In this document: in pieces, positions 36,838 to 48,700 of the stretch
Position numbering within the stretch: the first letter of the stretch is position 1
How the letters are laid out: each line of letters opens with the position of its first letter
From: Magallana gigas
Lineage: Eukaryota
Direction: 5' to 3'
Length of the DNA stretch: 64,000 nt
Assembly: GCF_963853765.1 (NCBI RefSeq)
Contig: NC_088858.1
Location: 6,076,001 to 6,140,000 of the forward strand
The notes under the pieces: generated by a model
Told to the model about the DNA's origin: nothing
The model's input: only the letters and a program-made list of their open reading frames with translations
The model's database searches: none
Translations under genes and position numbers: made by a program

Positions 36838-38899
36838 ATATATTCTTTTTTCACCCATTAACTTTTGTTCTATATCTCTTGATACCTTGATACTAGAGGA
36901 AAAGCTATTACCAACAAATGAAAACATTAACGTGAACAAAATCAATTTCTACATACGTGTATGTACAATTCTGATAGAAAGTGGATTAGGTATTTGTTGT
37001 TCTGACTTTAAAGAGACAGTACAGGTAAAAACACATGTGTGAATAACTTCAGATTTACCTATTGTATCGTTAAGAAATAAGAAATAACGTTGATTGTAAT
37101 AGTTGAAATACATAAAAATCCCTTTCACATACCTAATTAACGTAATTATAAGCATCCGAAAATTTAGGGGTCGTACAAACCGGAATAATCTTAAATCGTT
37201 CATTTGTACCACGTGGACTTTGACAGTAATTGGCACGTGCTGAAAACTACAAGATCTTCGTCCGACTACGGTTTTCATGGTAAACGAGGTTAAAGGGGCT
37301 CTCTAAACGGAACACATCATCATTTTCTCGATAATTTATTAATGGTTTGCCAATTTCGTTTCATTTTAAAATGAACAGACATAAATATGTCTAATAACCC
37401 CTCAGGGGGCCTCACTTACAAAAATGAATATATAGGTTATAGCAACTCCCATGAAACACGCAAAATACATACTTAAAATAATAATTTTGGTTATTTTAAA
37501 AACCTTGAACAATTATTATCCTGGGAGAAGTAGAAAAGACATATTTTTATCAATAAACATGTCCACGAGAATCTTCGCGAGCCCTGCATATCATTCGGCA
37601 ACCCTCGGCCGATTCTGTAACCTGAGATACGAATCGATCGAGGTGTGCCGAGTGCCCTGCATGTGTTTTGTTAACGGTGAATACGCATGCGTAATAGTAT
37701 AGACGGCTGAAGCCCGTAACACGTTGCGATGTAAATATGTATGGGTTATACGTAATTATTAATTTGAATGAATAATTAGATTTATTTCATGAAGAACTTT
37801 GTAATTTTCTGAAAGTTTATACATTCATGAGTAGTACAAAAATACCGAACCCAATCGGAAATTTTTTCAAGTCGTTTTTTTATAAGATGTGCCGTACTGT
37901 CTCCTTAAACAACAGTCAGTATTAATTCAAGATAGATTTGTTTCAAATAAAGACGCACATTTTTCTTTAATCAATGTAAAAAGTATGGGTCTATTTATAA
38001 GCTGATTTTAGGCAAAAATTGGGATTCATTTTTTCTTGACTTTTATGAAGTATAAGTTAAATTTGCCAATTTGTCGATAGAAATATTCAAAAATTGTGAA
38101 ATTATATTTTTCGTAACAAAATAAATATATCCTAATGCACAAACTATCTGGAAATTTTGTGTTTTCACTGAAAATAAGGAAGCTAAAGTGACGGTACTCT
38201 AAACAAAAATGTACATTTTCTTCTTAAAACCTTCCGCCACAAAATATAGTCCCATACAAAACTCTGTAAATATGTAATTTTTCTTTTACTATTTTATTCC
38301 AGATAGTTAAATTGGCATTATAAAATTTGAATTTATGAATAGTATCAATATATGATGCATAATTTCTAGAATAGAGGTGATCCAAAATGGCTACCCAAAA
38401 ACAGAGGAACGAACTTTAAATGAATTGATATAAATTGCAGATCATGGAGGGAGTAAATTAAAAACGACAATGATAGCTGATTTATAAAACCGGTTTAAAC
38501 TGGTTGTCACATAGACTGTTGAGTTGAGATCGCTGAGCATGAAAATATTATCCATGAAAAATAACTCATGAAATTTTGCTTTTAACAATAAAGTCAACAT
38601 TTTGTTGAATAATTGTAGAACAAGGTGTTTTGACAACATGTATGAAATATATTTTTAACCTATAACATAGAAATCACTGTTTGAGAACTACTTTTGTAAA
38701 TTACATGTAAATTCATACGCAGTGATTAGTTGTTGCATTTAGAGGCATTTAAAGATCACAAAATCGAAAAACAGAAAAAAATCGAAAATCAAGTATAAAT
38801 CGTATTATGTGACTACCTCAACAATCGACTCCAATCGGCATACCTGTGCAAGTCGATTGAAAATCGGATGAAAAATTGCATTGTGTGACCGCACCTTAA

Positions 38900-40093
38900 T
38901 TAAGGGGATGTGCGCCCATCTTGTACATTTGATAATAATGATAATGTAAACATTTCTTGAACTCTCTTGTTTCTGCCCAAAACTGTTTTCAAAATTGAAA
39001 AAGCAATATTGTTTTGTATGCAAATTACGCATACAATAACAAAACAAAGCCTTTTTAAGACAATCTGTGTTGAATATGACAGACACCTCTATATCAGTTC
39101 CAAAAAATTTATACCAGTATTAATGAAACTTAATTCTTTTTAGAATAAGGGTAGGGGTTTTTAAAAGATGATTTTCTTAAATAAAAAATATGCATATATT
39201 TTTCAAGGAAAATATAGCTTCAATGTACCCCCATAGACACAGACAAAAAGATCTCGTGTGAATCGATTGGTTTTGAGACACATATAAAGAATAGGGTACT
39301 CTCTTTTGAGTTACAACCTCAAATAAGCAAGCTTTGACCTTTTTCTCAACAAATGATTGTAGACTGGACACTAATGAACTCCTTTACCATTTTTCAGTTT
39401 TTAAATTTTGAATTTAAGTCTGTAGCTGAGCAGTTCTAAGTGATTAAAAAAGGCATTGTTTTGCTCTTTTATGCGTAATTTTAAAACAACACGAAGCCTC
39501 ATATTTATTGCTTTTTCATCTTTTGACAACAGTTCTAGTAAGTTTTGGACAGAAACAAAACAATGTTTTTTACATCCCCTTTAAGGGGGATGTGCGGCCA
39601 TCTGGTACATTTGAGGATAAGAATGTAAACATTTCTTGAACTGGCTTGTTTCTGCCCTAAACTGGCCAAAAATGTTGCCAAAAGATATAAAAGCAATAAA
39701 TATGAAGTCCTACATGTCATTTTGTTTGAAAAGTATGCATACAAAAACAGGACAATGCTTTTTTAATGACTCAGAACAGCTGTCGAACTGCGCAGCTACA
39801 GACTTAATTTGAAGATTTAAAAATCTGAAAAAATATGAAGGAGGTTCATTGTTGTCCTCTCTACAACCATTTGTTGAGAAAAAGTTTGAATTTTCGAGCA
39901 GTTCGACAGCTGTGCTGAGTCATTAAAAAGGCATTGTAATGTTCTTGTATGCATACTTTTCAAACAAAATGGCATGTAGGACTTCATATTAACTGCTTTT
40001 TTATCTTTTGACAACAGTTCAGTCATTTTTTAACAGAAATAAGCCAGTTCAAGAAATGTCTAAATTTTTATGATGGCCGCACATACCTCTTAA
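38900..40093. mobile_element. Two tandem TTAA-flanked long-TIR MITEs (Kolobok-like)
   Basis: TTAA-ggggatgtgcg at 38900 and 39581; ends acatcccc(t)-TTAA (39584) and cgcacatacctc-TTAA (40093). The second copy has TIRs of about 200 bp. Confidence 0.75.
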
Positions 40094-40542
40094 AAGGAAA
40101 TAAGTTTTCAAAACTCAATATCTTTGAAAAATTTAAAAATATCTAAATTGGAAAAAAAATTCAAAAGGTTTTTTTTCTTTCCGTTATACGTTATATAAGC
40201 TTTAAAGAAATAATTAAATTTGTGTATAATATTGTTTTTTTCACCTTATATCAAGAAAATCCGATCTAAATCAGAAAAGGTTTCGTTGGTCACCTCCGGT
40301 GCTTTGGCTATTAAAATGGACACAACTTGTCCACGACATATAAACACCTCTGGTCGCAATAAAGTACTAAATAACCAGACAGATGACAAAACGTGCGCGT
40401 GAATAGTTTTTCAATTTCTTTAGCTGTATTCTTCATGGTACAAAAGTTCATGCTCTTTTGTTACACAAGTCTTACGAAACTGACCGCCATAGTGTACCTT
40501 ACTGACACGGTTACCTCCCCTGAAAGTACACAGCTGTACAGC

Positions 40543-40622
40543 TGACCCCCTGACCCCGGCGCTTAAATACTCACGTCTTGAACCAAGTCGAGCATACAAT
40601 AAATAGTGGACACACAGCTAAG
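40543..40622 (+). promoter_or_regulatory. Putative core promoter and non-coding first exon of msp130-like copy B
   Basis: TGACCC-CC-TGACCC (40543-40556), 6 nt, TTAAATAC (40563-40570), donor ag|GTGAGC at 40623; acceptor ag|aatccacaATG at 45730. Confidence 0.6.
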
Positions 40623-42454
40623 GTGAGCTGACCTTTGTCTTTATTTTGTATTTAGATTTATTTACTTTTATTTGATTTTTTTCCAACACAAAGAACAGTA
40701 AGTACTACCAATGCTGTCTGACTTTATGCATATATTTATGTATTTCATGTGACTGTTTTTTTAGGCATTTATATTTAATTTGTAATAGATGCTCGAGTTG
40801 AAATGGATATCGAATTGCATATAGGTTAAGTTACTGATATGAGGTTTAGCTTGCGATGTAATTCATACATTACATATGCATTATCTAGCTGAGATTCGTC
40901 TTGGATTCCATAAGGGAGCTATCTAGTGATAACGTCGGCCAGTTTAATCGTGATTGCGTGGTGGCCGTGGGATTGACCATATGTGACAATGCCTCCCAAG
41001 ATCTAAAACGAAGCATGGACTAGCAACGCACTAAATGATAGACTTCACAGAATGGTCATTCTGGCTTCTGTTCAGATCAAACAAACAATTCATCAATCAC
41101 ATAAAAACAATAAAAAAAATTTTTTTTTAATTAAAGTAAACCATCGATGAATTAAGATAATAAACAAAAGCCACAACCCCATTTGAAGTCGTACACGTAT
41201 TTAACAAGTTTGAAAAAAATGCAGCTAGATGCTCTAGAAAGGGTAACATAGCACTGTTACCACTCATATCGAAGTCAATGGTTATACTTTGACGCAACAT
41301 CAGTTTTTTTACATTCAGATAAAAACTGGGATTTGTTAGGATCTTTGTTAGATATATGAGATATGTTTAAAAATGAATAAAAGATAAAAGAGCTAGCCAT
41401 TCTTAGAAACCAAAGATGAGTTTTCATCTAATTATGTCATTCCAATGGATGAAAATGCAATAACAGCTTCCAAAAACCCATTGATACAGCACACCCGCAC
41501 ATGTTGTAATCATTCATTTTCATAACTTTATGAATATATGTGATTTTTTAACACGTTGTGTTCGTTATACATCTGATTTGAATTAGTTTCCCAGGAAATA
41601 TATATTCATAGTACTCATTTATTCAAAACGAGCAAGATCACCCCTGCGAATGTGTTCGGAATGTTTTCTTTATCGTTGCTAAGTATGTAATAAATCCAGA
41701 GGTGCTCGAATAAAAGTTCAAGAGACTTCACCGAGATTTGTTCAGTTCCTGTGAAATTTTGAGCGGAAGTATAAGTGTTCGGATAATATTCTCAAAATAC
41801 GTAAGTACTGGTCGTTTTTATATCATATCCTACATGGATTTATGTCAAAACGTGAAAACCTTTTAAGATGTATATCTTATTTCACCATCAAGCGCTTATT
41901 AACATTAAACGATAACATTCAGAACAGAGTTATCGTTCGTGTTCAGCCACATGTAAAGTGGTTGACAATATAAACATTGGGTTGCTTAAAAAATCATAGC
42001 CATGTTTGATGCTTATGGTGTGCAATACCATGTTTTTAGAAAAATAATGGGTGTCTGTTTTGCATAAAAACTTAGTATATCGAGCCATTTTCAAGGGACA
42101 TTCTGCATAAAATAGTATAGTCTGTTTCACTATTGATGCTATTACTAGATCAGGCGCGGATCGAAAATTAATCCTCAGGGGGGATCTCTACAAGCATGTT
42201 AATTGTTGCAACATCAGACAAAAACTTTTTTTTTGTATTGTCGCATTTATTTCTAGAACACATTTTATCCAACATAATGAAGATAAAGTTTTAAATGAAT
42301 AAACCTCTAGATTTTATATTTGCTTACAAGTACATGTACCTAGATTCTATGAAATAGACTATAAACAAGAGGCATGATTTTTACTGCGAAACTGAAAGGG
42401 TCAAATAAAATCAGGTGGTCTAAAATTTAAATGACAATAACATTCGCAGGGGTG

Positions 42455-42668
42455 ATACTGAATGTCTTAATTTTAAAGAAAACTTTACTGCTTTTATATA
42501 TGAATGACGTGAATTCTTTGGTGAACCGTACGCGCATAGTTTACGCGCATGTAACAATTCGTTGTGTTACCCGTTGCTAAGTGTGTTGCTAACGCTGAGG
42601 GTAATAGAACGGATTATCAACTGCGTCTAAACCAATCAGATTTCAGTATTTAACATGAAAGTATTATA
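42455..42668 (+). mobile_element. Truncated copy of the Crypton-like element at 46692-47064
   Basis: Near-identical tail from atactgaatgtcttaatttt to aaccaatcagatttcagtatttaacatgaaagtat; hairpin absent. Confidence 0.85.
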
Positions 42669-43023
42669 AACATGTATTTAATTTTCTCAGATATCTTTAA
42701 GAAGACTGGATGGTCAACAAATTGCCCAATGAACATCTTATCTTTGTTGACATTTTGAATATGATTTTTTTGTCTATAAGCTATACTTAAATATTTAAAC
42801 TTGATTTTTTTATCGTAATACAGCACTGTTCTACTCGAGGAGGTTAATTTAGTTTAAAAATTGCTTCGGCCATTAAGATTGGAAGGCTTATTTTTGTAAT
42901 AATTCATATTATGCTTTGTTTTGAGTATTTTGAATGCCAGTTTTCATTTAACTTTTTGTTTTATTTGTATTTACAGTATATCGTACTGATATTATTTTAA
43001 AAAAAATTACAGCCTTTTGAAAT

Positions 43024-43220
43024 AGGTCAATACATGGTTTTATAGACCTGATGAGAGTATATCAACCTCGGACTTCGTCCTCGGTCAATATACTCGCATC
43101 AGGTCTATAAAACCATGTACATGTATTATGGTTTTTTAGACCTGATGAGATTATATCAACCTCGGACTTCGTCCTCGGTCAGTATACTCGCATCAGGTCT
43201 ATAAAACCATGCATTGACCT
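43024..43220. repeat. Tandemly duplicated palindromic hairpin
   Basis: Two copies (43033-43117 and about 43129-43211) of catggttttatagacctgatg...ggaCTTCGtcc...catcaggtctataaaaccatg. Confidence 0.9.
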
Positions 43221-43236
43221 CATCAAAAGGCTATTT

Positions 43237-43395
43237 AAGAAATAAACAACGTTATTTAGTGAACATGGCGTTATGAATAGCAATTGCTCTGTTGGCATAT
43301 TCCATGATGCGCGCTAGCGCATCATGGAAAATATGCCAGCAGAGCAATTGCTTTTCATAACGCCATGTTCACTAAATAATCGTTGTTTATTACTT
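43237..43395. repeat. Long palindromic hairpin
   Basis: aataaacaacgttatttagtgaacatggcgttatgaa...catgatgcg-cgctag-cgcatcatgg...ttcataacgccatgttcactaaataatcgttgtttatt. Confidence 0.9.
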
Positions 43396-43819
43396 ATATT
43401 TGCATTTTACCACTTGCAAATACCCTGTATTAGCCTAGACCTTGACATTTATAATCTGTCCCGGGTTTTTGCTTCCACCACTTTTTGCTTGATATTTCAA
43501 TAATTGTAATACCTTTGTGCTCAAACTACGTTCATCCACTAATATTTACATTTCACGAATATTTTGCATGTAAAGCTACTGGAGATATAGCACCATAACA
43601 CAGACAGGGTACTCAAAGGTTAAATGACGAGTTTTAATTGTGACGTCACAAACGATGAACGCTAATAAATACAACGTCACAAGCGAAAATCAAAGATCAC
43701 GCTTGTGGCTGTTACAGTGGCTCTTCCATTAATTTAAACTTACCCATAGGATAATACAGTAATTTTGAGGTATAATTCGCATTTCTGTACAAGGCAAGAA
43801 GGTAAAAAAAAATTTAAAT

Positions 43820-43980
43820 ATAAGCATTAAATCCTTATTTTTTGAAAGATATAATCTCATAACTGCAACGGTGTGTGCAAACAAATTTTCATAACGCGCT
43901 AACTATTATTCAATTTGTATGCACACACCGTTGCAGTTATGAGACTATATCTTTAAAAAAATAAGGATTCAATACTTAAA
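43820..43980. repeat. Long palindromic hairpin
   Basis: aatccttattttttgaaagatataatctcataactgcaacggtgtgtgca / tgcacacaccgttgcagttatgagactatatctttaaaaaaataaggatt. Confidence 0.9.
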
Positions 43981-45061
43981 TATGAAAAATGTATTATCTG
44001 TTTTGAAACGCCCCCTCTACCGCTTCAGGTTTCAAAACACATCCAAAAATTGAAAGTCTACGGAGAATTTGCATTGGATCAGCCATTAAAAAGCCCGGAT
44101 GATAATGTTAAAAAATTGAGCGATGTATTCCGAGTGTATTCCGAATGGAGAAAAGATGTAAACATTTCCCATTTCAAATCTCCGTAAGAAAATTGTTTTC
44201 GTTCCTGTGAAATTTTATGAGTGAAAAGGGATAATTGTTCAATGAAGACATCTTGAATATTTTCTATTTCATCGTCTTCAATTGTATTTCTTTCACAGGT
44301 ATGTGTATTTTTTTTAAAAATCATCAAAAATTGATGGAAGCAATAACTTGGGACAGACTTTAGCTATTGCATCAAAAAGAAACATTCAGACTGTAATGTA
44401 TCTTTTTAATTCACATAGATTTGTTAACAGAATCAATGATATGTTATAAAGTAATTCCTTTAAAATGTTATTATAAGACATGTTTTAATATTTTAAAAAT
44501 ACATCAATCTTATGGAGTTGGAGAAAAACACATGATGTATCGTATAGTGGTTTACATCTATAACGTCATGGAAAAGTATATGACGTCACACCTTTATGAC
44601 GTCATAATATACAGACAGAGCAATTGCAATTATAGAAAAATAATTGCAGTTCCTCCGTATGGACTTACAGTAGGAAAGAACAATGCATATGCAAATATAA
44701 ATGTATAGTATTCCATGCCGAATCAGTCGTATTTTACAGTGTTGCCAACAAACAAGACATTTTTTGACTTATTGAAACAACGTTATCAATATTTCAGTCA
44801 ATGCATATTATGTCTAAATAATGCTTTGGTCATTTATATAGGTCAATAACACCCTATTGTATTTACGTTAAGAAAATTAAGAGTTAATTCGGGATATTTT
44901 TTACGTCGATAATTAAGGTTGTATGAAATATCCGTCGATATTTTTGTGGATAAAAGTTCATTTTAATCAAAACATTTTCACTGGTCTAGAATTGTCAAAT
45001 TTTATAATATTCGACCAAAAAATATCTTTTTTAAAAATGTTTGGAAAGGTAAAAATTATAT

Positions 45062-45135
45062 GAGCACCAGAGGGATTTGAACTCACGACTTACAGATTCG
45101 TAGTTAACGCTTTAACTCATCGCGCCAAGCTGTTA
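45062..45135 (-). mobile_element. tRNA-Arg-like core of the same family as 4291/4621 (not a functional tRNA)
   Basis: Minus strand reads tggcgcgatgagttaaagcgttaactACGaatctgtaagtcgtgagttcaaatccc; the acceptor stem does not pair. Confidence 0.6.
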
Positions 45136-45738
45136 GGTAACAATCTTCTCCAATGGGAATTTGAATCTGACATCATCATGATAATTTCGTGCAGTCCGTG
45201 TTTTTAAAAGGGGCGTCTAGATTTTAGTCCTGTCAGTTCCTTGTCATTTGCAACCGCTGTAAGTTTTGACCAATCAATAAAAGGGGTATGTAGATTTCAG
45301 TCCTGTTTGTTTCTATAGCCAGGATAGAGCAATAAATTAACGATAAGTTTCGGTAAGTAATAGAGGGAATCATACTCGGGTGATGTAAATATATAAAAAT
45401 GTAAGAAAATACCAAAACCTAACGGTGAAATATAATTATGTTATATTTTTCTTTACTAAATAATAACTTATAGCTAAAATAATCATATCTTATGAAAATT
45501 TTAAAATTTGATGGTTAATTTGTTGACCATTCGGCCTCCTTAATAAGCATCGCATGTTCTTTCGTCAAGCGTTTATAAGAAGTTCAAATGTTGCAAATCT
45601 TCGTAGCCAAATAATGAAGTATCCTCTAGTAGTGATGTAACTGGATAATGTTTTATGTACAATTCTTAACTTTTTAACAAAATTATAGTATGTTAAAGGT
45701 TATGTTAAAAGTATTTATATATTTTTTTAGAATCCACA

Positions 45739-48700
45739 ATGAGGTCACTCTTCGTTCTTTTTGCGATCCTCCTGGCCCACTCTGAGGCCAGACTACAGCT
45801 CTCCAGGCAGTCCTACATGAAATTACCCTACCAGTTTACCAACGGGGACCCGACTAACCCGCGGTACGGTCTTTTCCAGAATGCCGCCCACAAAGCAGCC
45901 TTCCACACCGTAGATAAAATTCTTTACGTCGCTTGTAAGTTGTTTTCAGTTGCAAATGTTCTGCAACGCTAACGAGTTTTATGTTAAATTTCTTTTTTGC
46001 AATGTATGTATCTTTCTATTAAATATAGCGGCGCGATCAACAGAGAAATACCTCCACATTATCGACATGAACAATCCCGCTAGTCCCTCCATCTTGATGA
46101 CGCACGTGTTCGATAACGCCGTTGACGGAATGATCACCTCCGTCAAGGCGTGCACAGACACCATCGCCGTGACCTTGACCGCTGCTGATCCAGTAGCTGA
46201 AGGTCATATCGAGCTCTTCACACCGTACAACAGGGCTGACCGGGTATTTACCAGAGTCGGAAGAATAGCTGGTAAGCCTAAACATTACGCATGATATGAA
46301 AATTTATGTATGTGCTGCAGAACATATTTGAAGTTATCACTGTTTTTCAGTGGGAGTTCACCCAAAGGATATGGCTGCTACTAGCGACTGTACGAGATTG
46401 GTTGTTGCTAATGAGGGTCCAGTTGCTATCAACCCGGTGTCAGGTACCCTCAGTGATCCCGAGGGCTCAGTCACGATCATAGTTAGGAACGATCAGGGCT
46501 TCCCAGTAGAAATCAACATGGGCTTCCAACAGCTTAACGACAGGTTCGTGGATGCTTAAAATTGGCTTTGACATGTAGACTTGCCTAAGTCTATGTTTTA
46601 ATGATTTTGTAGTTCTTGCAAAATTACCTGTTTCAGAAATGTTAATTCCTGCTCTTTACCATTTACCTTACCATCAAATTAAGACATTCAGTATAATAAA
46701 ATAAATAGTGCCTGTTTGGGAGGGTAACTGTTGAAATTGACACCCCGAGGAAACCATTGTCAACCGACGCGAAGGGGAGGTTGATAATGGTTTTCGAGGG
46801 GTGTCAATTTTAACTGTTATCCTCCCAAACAGGCACTATTTATTTTATTATACTGAATGTCTTAATTTTAGTGATTTTTTTTACTACCTTTATATAGAAA
46901 TGAAGTGAATTCCACAGCAAACCGTACGCGCATAATTTACGCGCATATAACAATTCGTTGTGTTACCCGTTGCTAAGTGTGTTGCTAACGCTGAGGGTAA
47001 TAAAACGGATTATAAACTGCGTCTAAACCAATCAGATTTCAGTATTTAACATGAAAGTATAATAATCCTAAATGTTATCAAATTAGAGAGCACTAAAATT
47101 ATCATCCTCACAATGTCAGGGGTCCTGAGTCCACTCATGGCCGTGGGGCCCTGACATTGTGAGGATGTAAAATTATTTAACATAGCTTGTCTACTAGATA
47201 ACCTGAAGTAAAATGTTGTTTGCCACTGAAATTAATCTTTTTTTCGGCATAAAACTGTACTTTTTACCCCTGCTTGTATCTATACTTTATGTAGATGAAG
47301 TAAAAGTTTTTAAAAAGCCAATCAATGTAAATAAAACAATTTTTGTAAATATTAAGCTAAAGTTAAGATATTAAAATTGTCTTCATAACATTTCGCCTTA
47401 CAGAGTTGTTGATTACATAACTAATGGTGTTCGGTATGTTTTCCGTGGAGACCACGGCGTTGGAATAGTCAACACATTTTCACAGGATCTCGAGCCCGAG
47501 TCAGTGACCATCAGTAACGATGACAGATTCGCTTTCGTCTCTTGTCAGGTACAAGAATTTCACTTGCCCTCCTTTCTTCACAATCACAAGTGATAAGTGA
47601 TAAGCCCTATAATACATTGTAACATCGAATTATTTTTAGAAAATTCTTTTATCACAGGAAAACAATGCTGTTTTGAAAATTGACCTGTTCAATCAAAGGA
47701 TCATCGAGCTTTACGCTTTGGGAGCCAAGAACTGGACAAGTTATAACCTTGATGCTAGCGACCAGAACGACGGTACGGTGTACTGCATTACTTCTGTTAC
47801 TCTTCCTCAGTTTGACTTTAGTCAGAAAAGGAAATTACATTCCATAACAAAACACATGTCATATGTTTAGAGTTAACCACAGTTTTAATACCTTTGATTA
47901 TACTAGTTCTACTTTTTATGAATATTTCCTGTAGCTGCCAATCTGCGTTTCCACACCGTCTACTCGTTCTACCAGCCTGGCAAACTTGCTTATGGAGTCG
48001 TCGATGGTAAAGGTTACCTTGTTTCCGCCGATACTGGAAAATCAAAGACCCTGACAACGGCACAACATGGCTATGCTTTCTCTGACAACACCAGGGCGAG
48101 AGTTGCGTATAATGGTATGCATTTGGAAATCATGGGCATTGCTATTAACATTTTCTTGTATGCGCGCTGTTTCATTCCTCTGTATACATATTGTAGATGG
48201 TGAACTTGATATTACTACAATGGACCCCACTCTTCTGTCTCAAATACAAGATAACCAACAGCTGGGTCAGTAGGAAGATTGCCTTAACCTTTTCATGTAG
48301 AATAGCGTATTTCTTAATAGTGGAAATTTCTCTTACGATATCGCTACGCTTTGTGCGTTGGGTTCAATAATAGATAAAAGGATATTAACGAAAAAAAACT
48401 AAAATAAAAATATTTATCAATTTAACTTCAACAAAAAATGTCATGATTACATCACCAAAAGAGTCCGCTTCTTTAAATACTCACAGTACTTTGATTTTCT
48501 AGGAAGAGTACACATGAGCCGAGTAGATGGTTATAACATTTTCAACAGAATCGGTGACGTTTTCCTCTTTGGTGGGCGTGGCATTTCTCTGTGGGATTCC
48601 ACCACAATGGCTCACGTGTTTGACAGTGGTGATGATTTAGAGAGAAGAGCCTCTCAATTCTATCCAAACACGTTCAATGGAGATTGTTCAAACGGCAACC

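Noticed and set aside
36712-36945. Minus-strand ORF also echoed at 49849-50040
   Set aside because: Antisense of the msp130 terminal exons.
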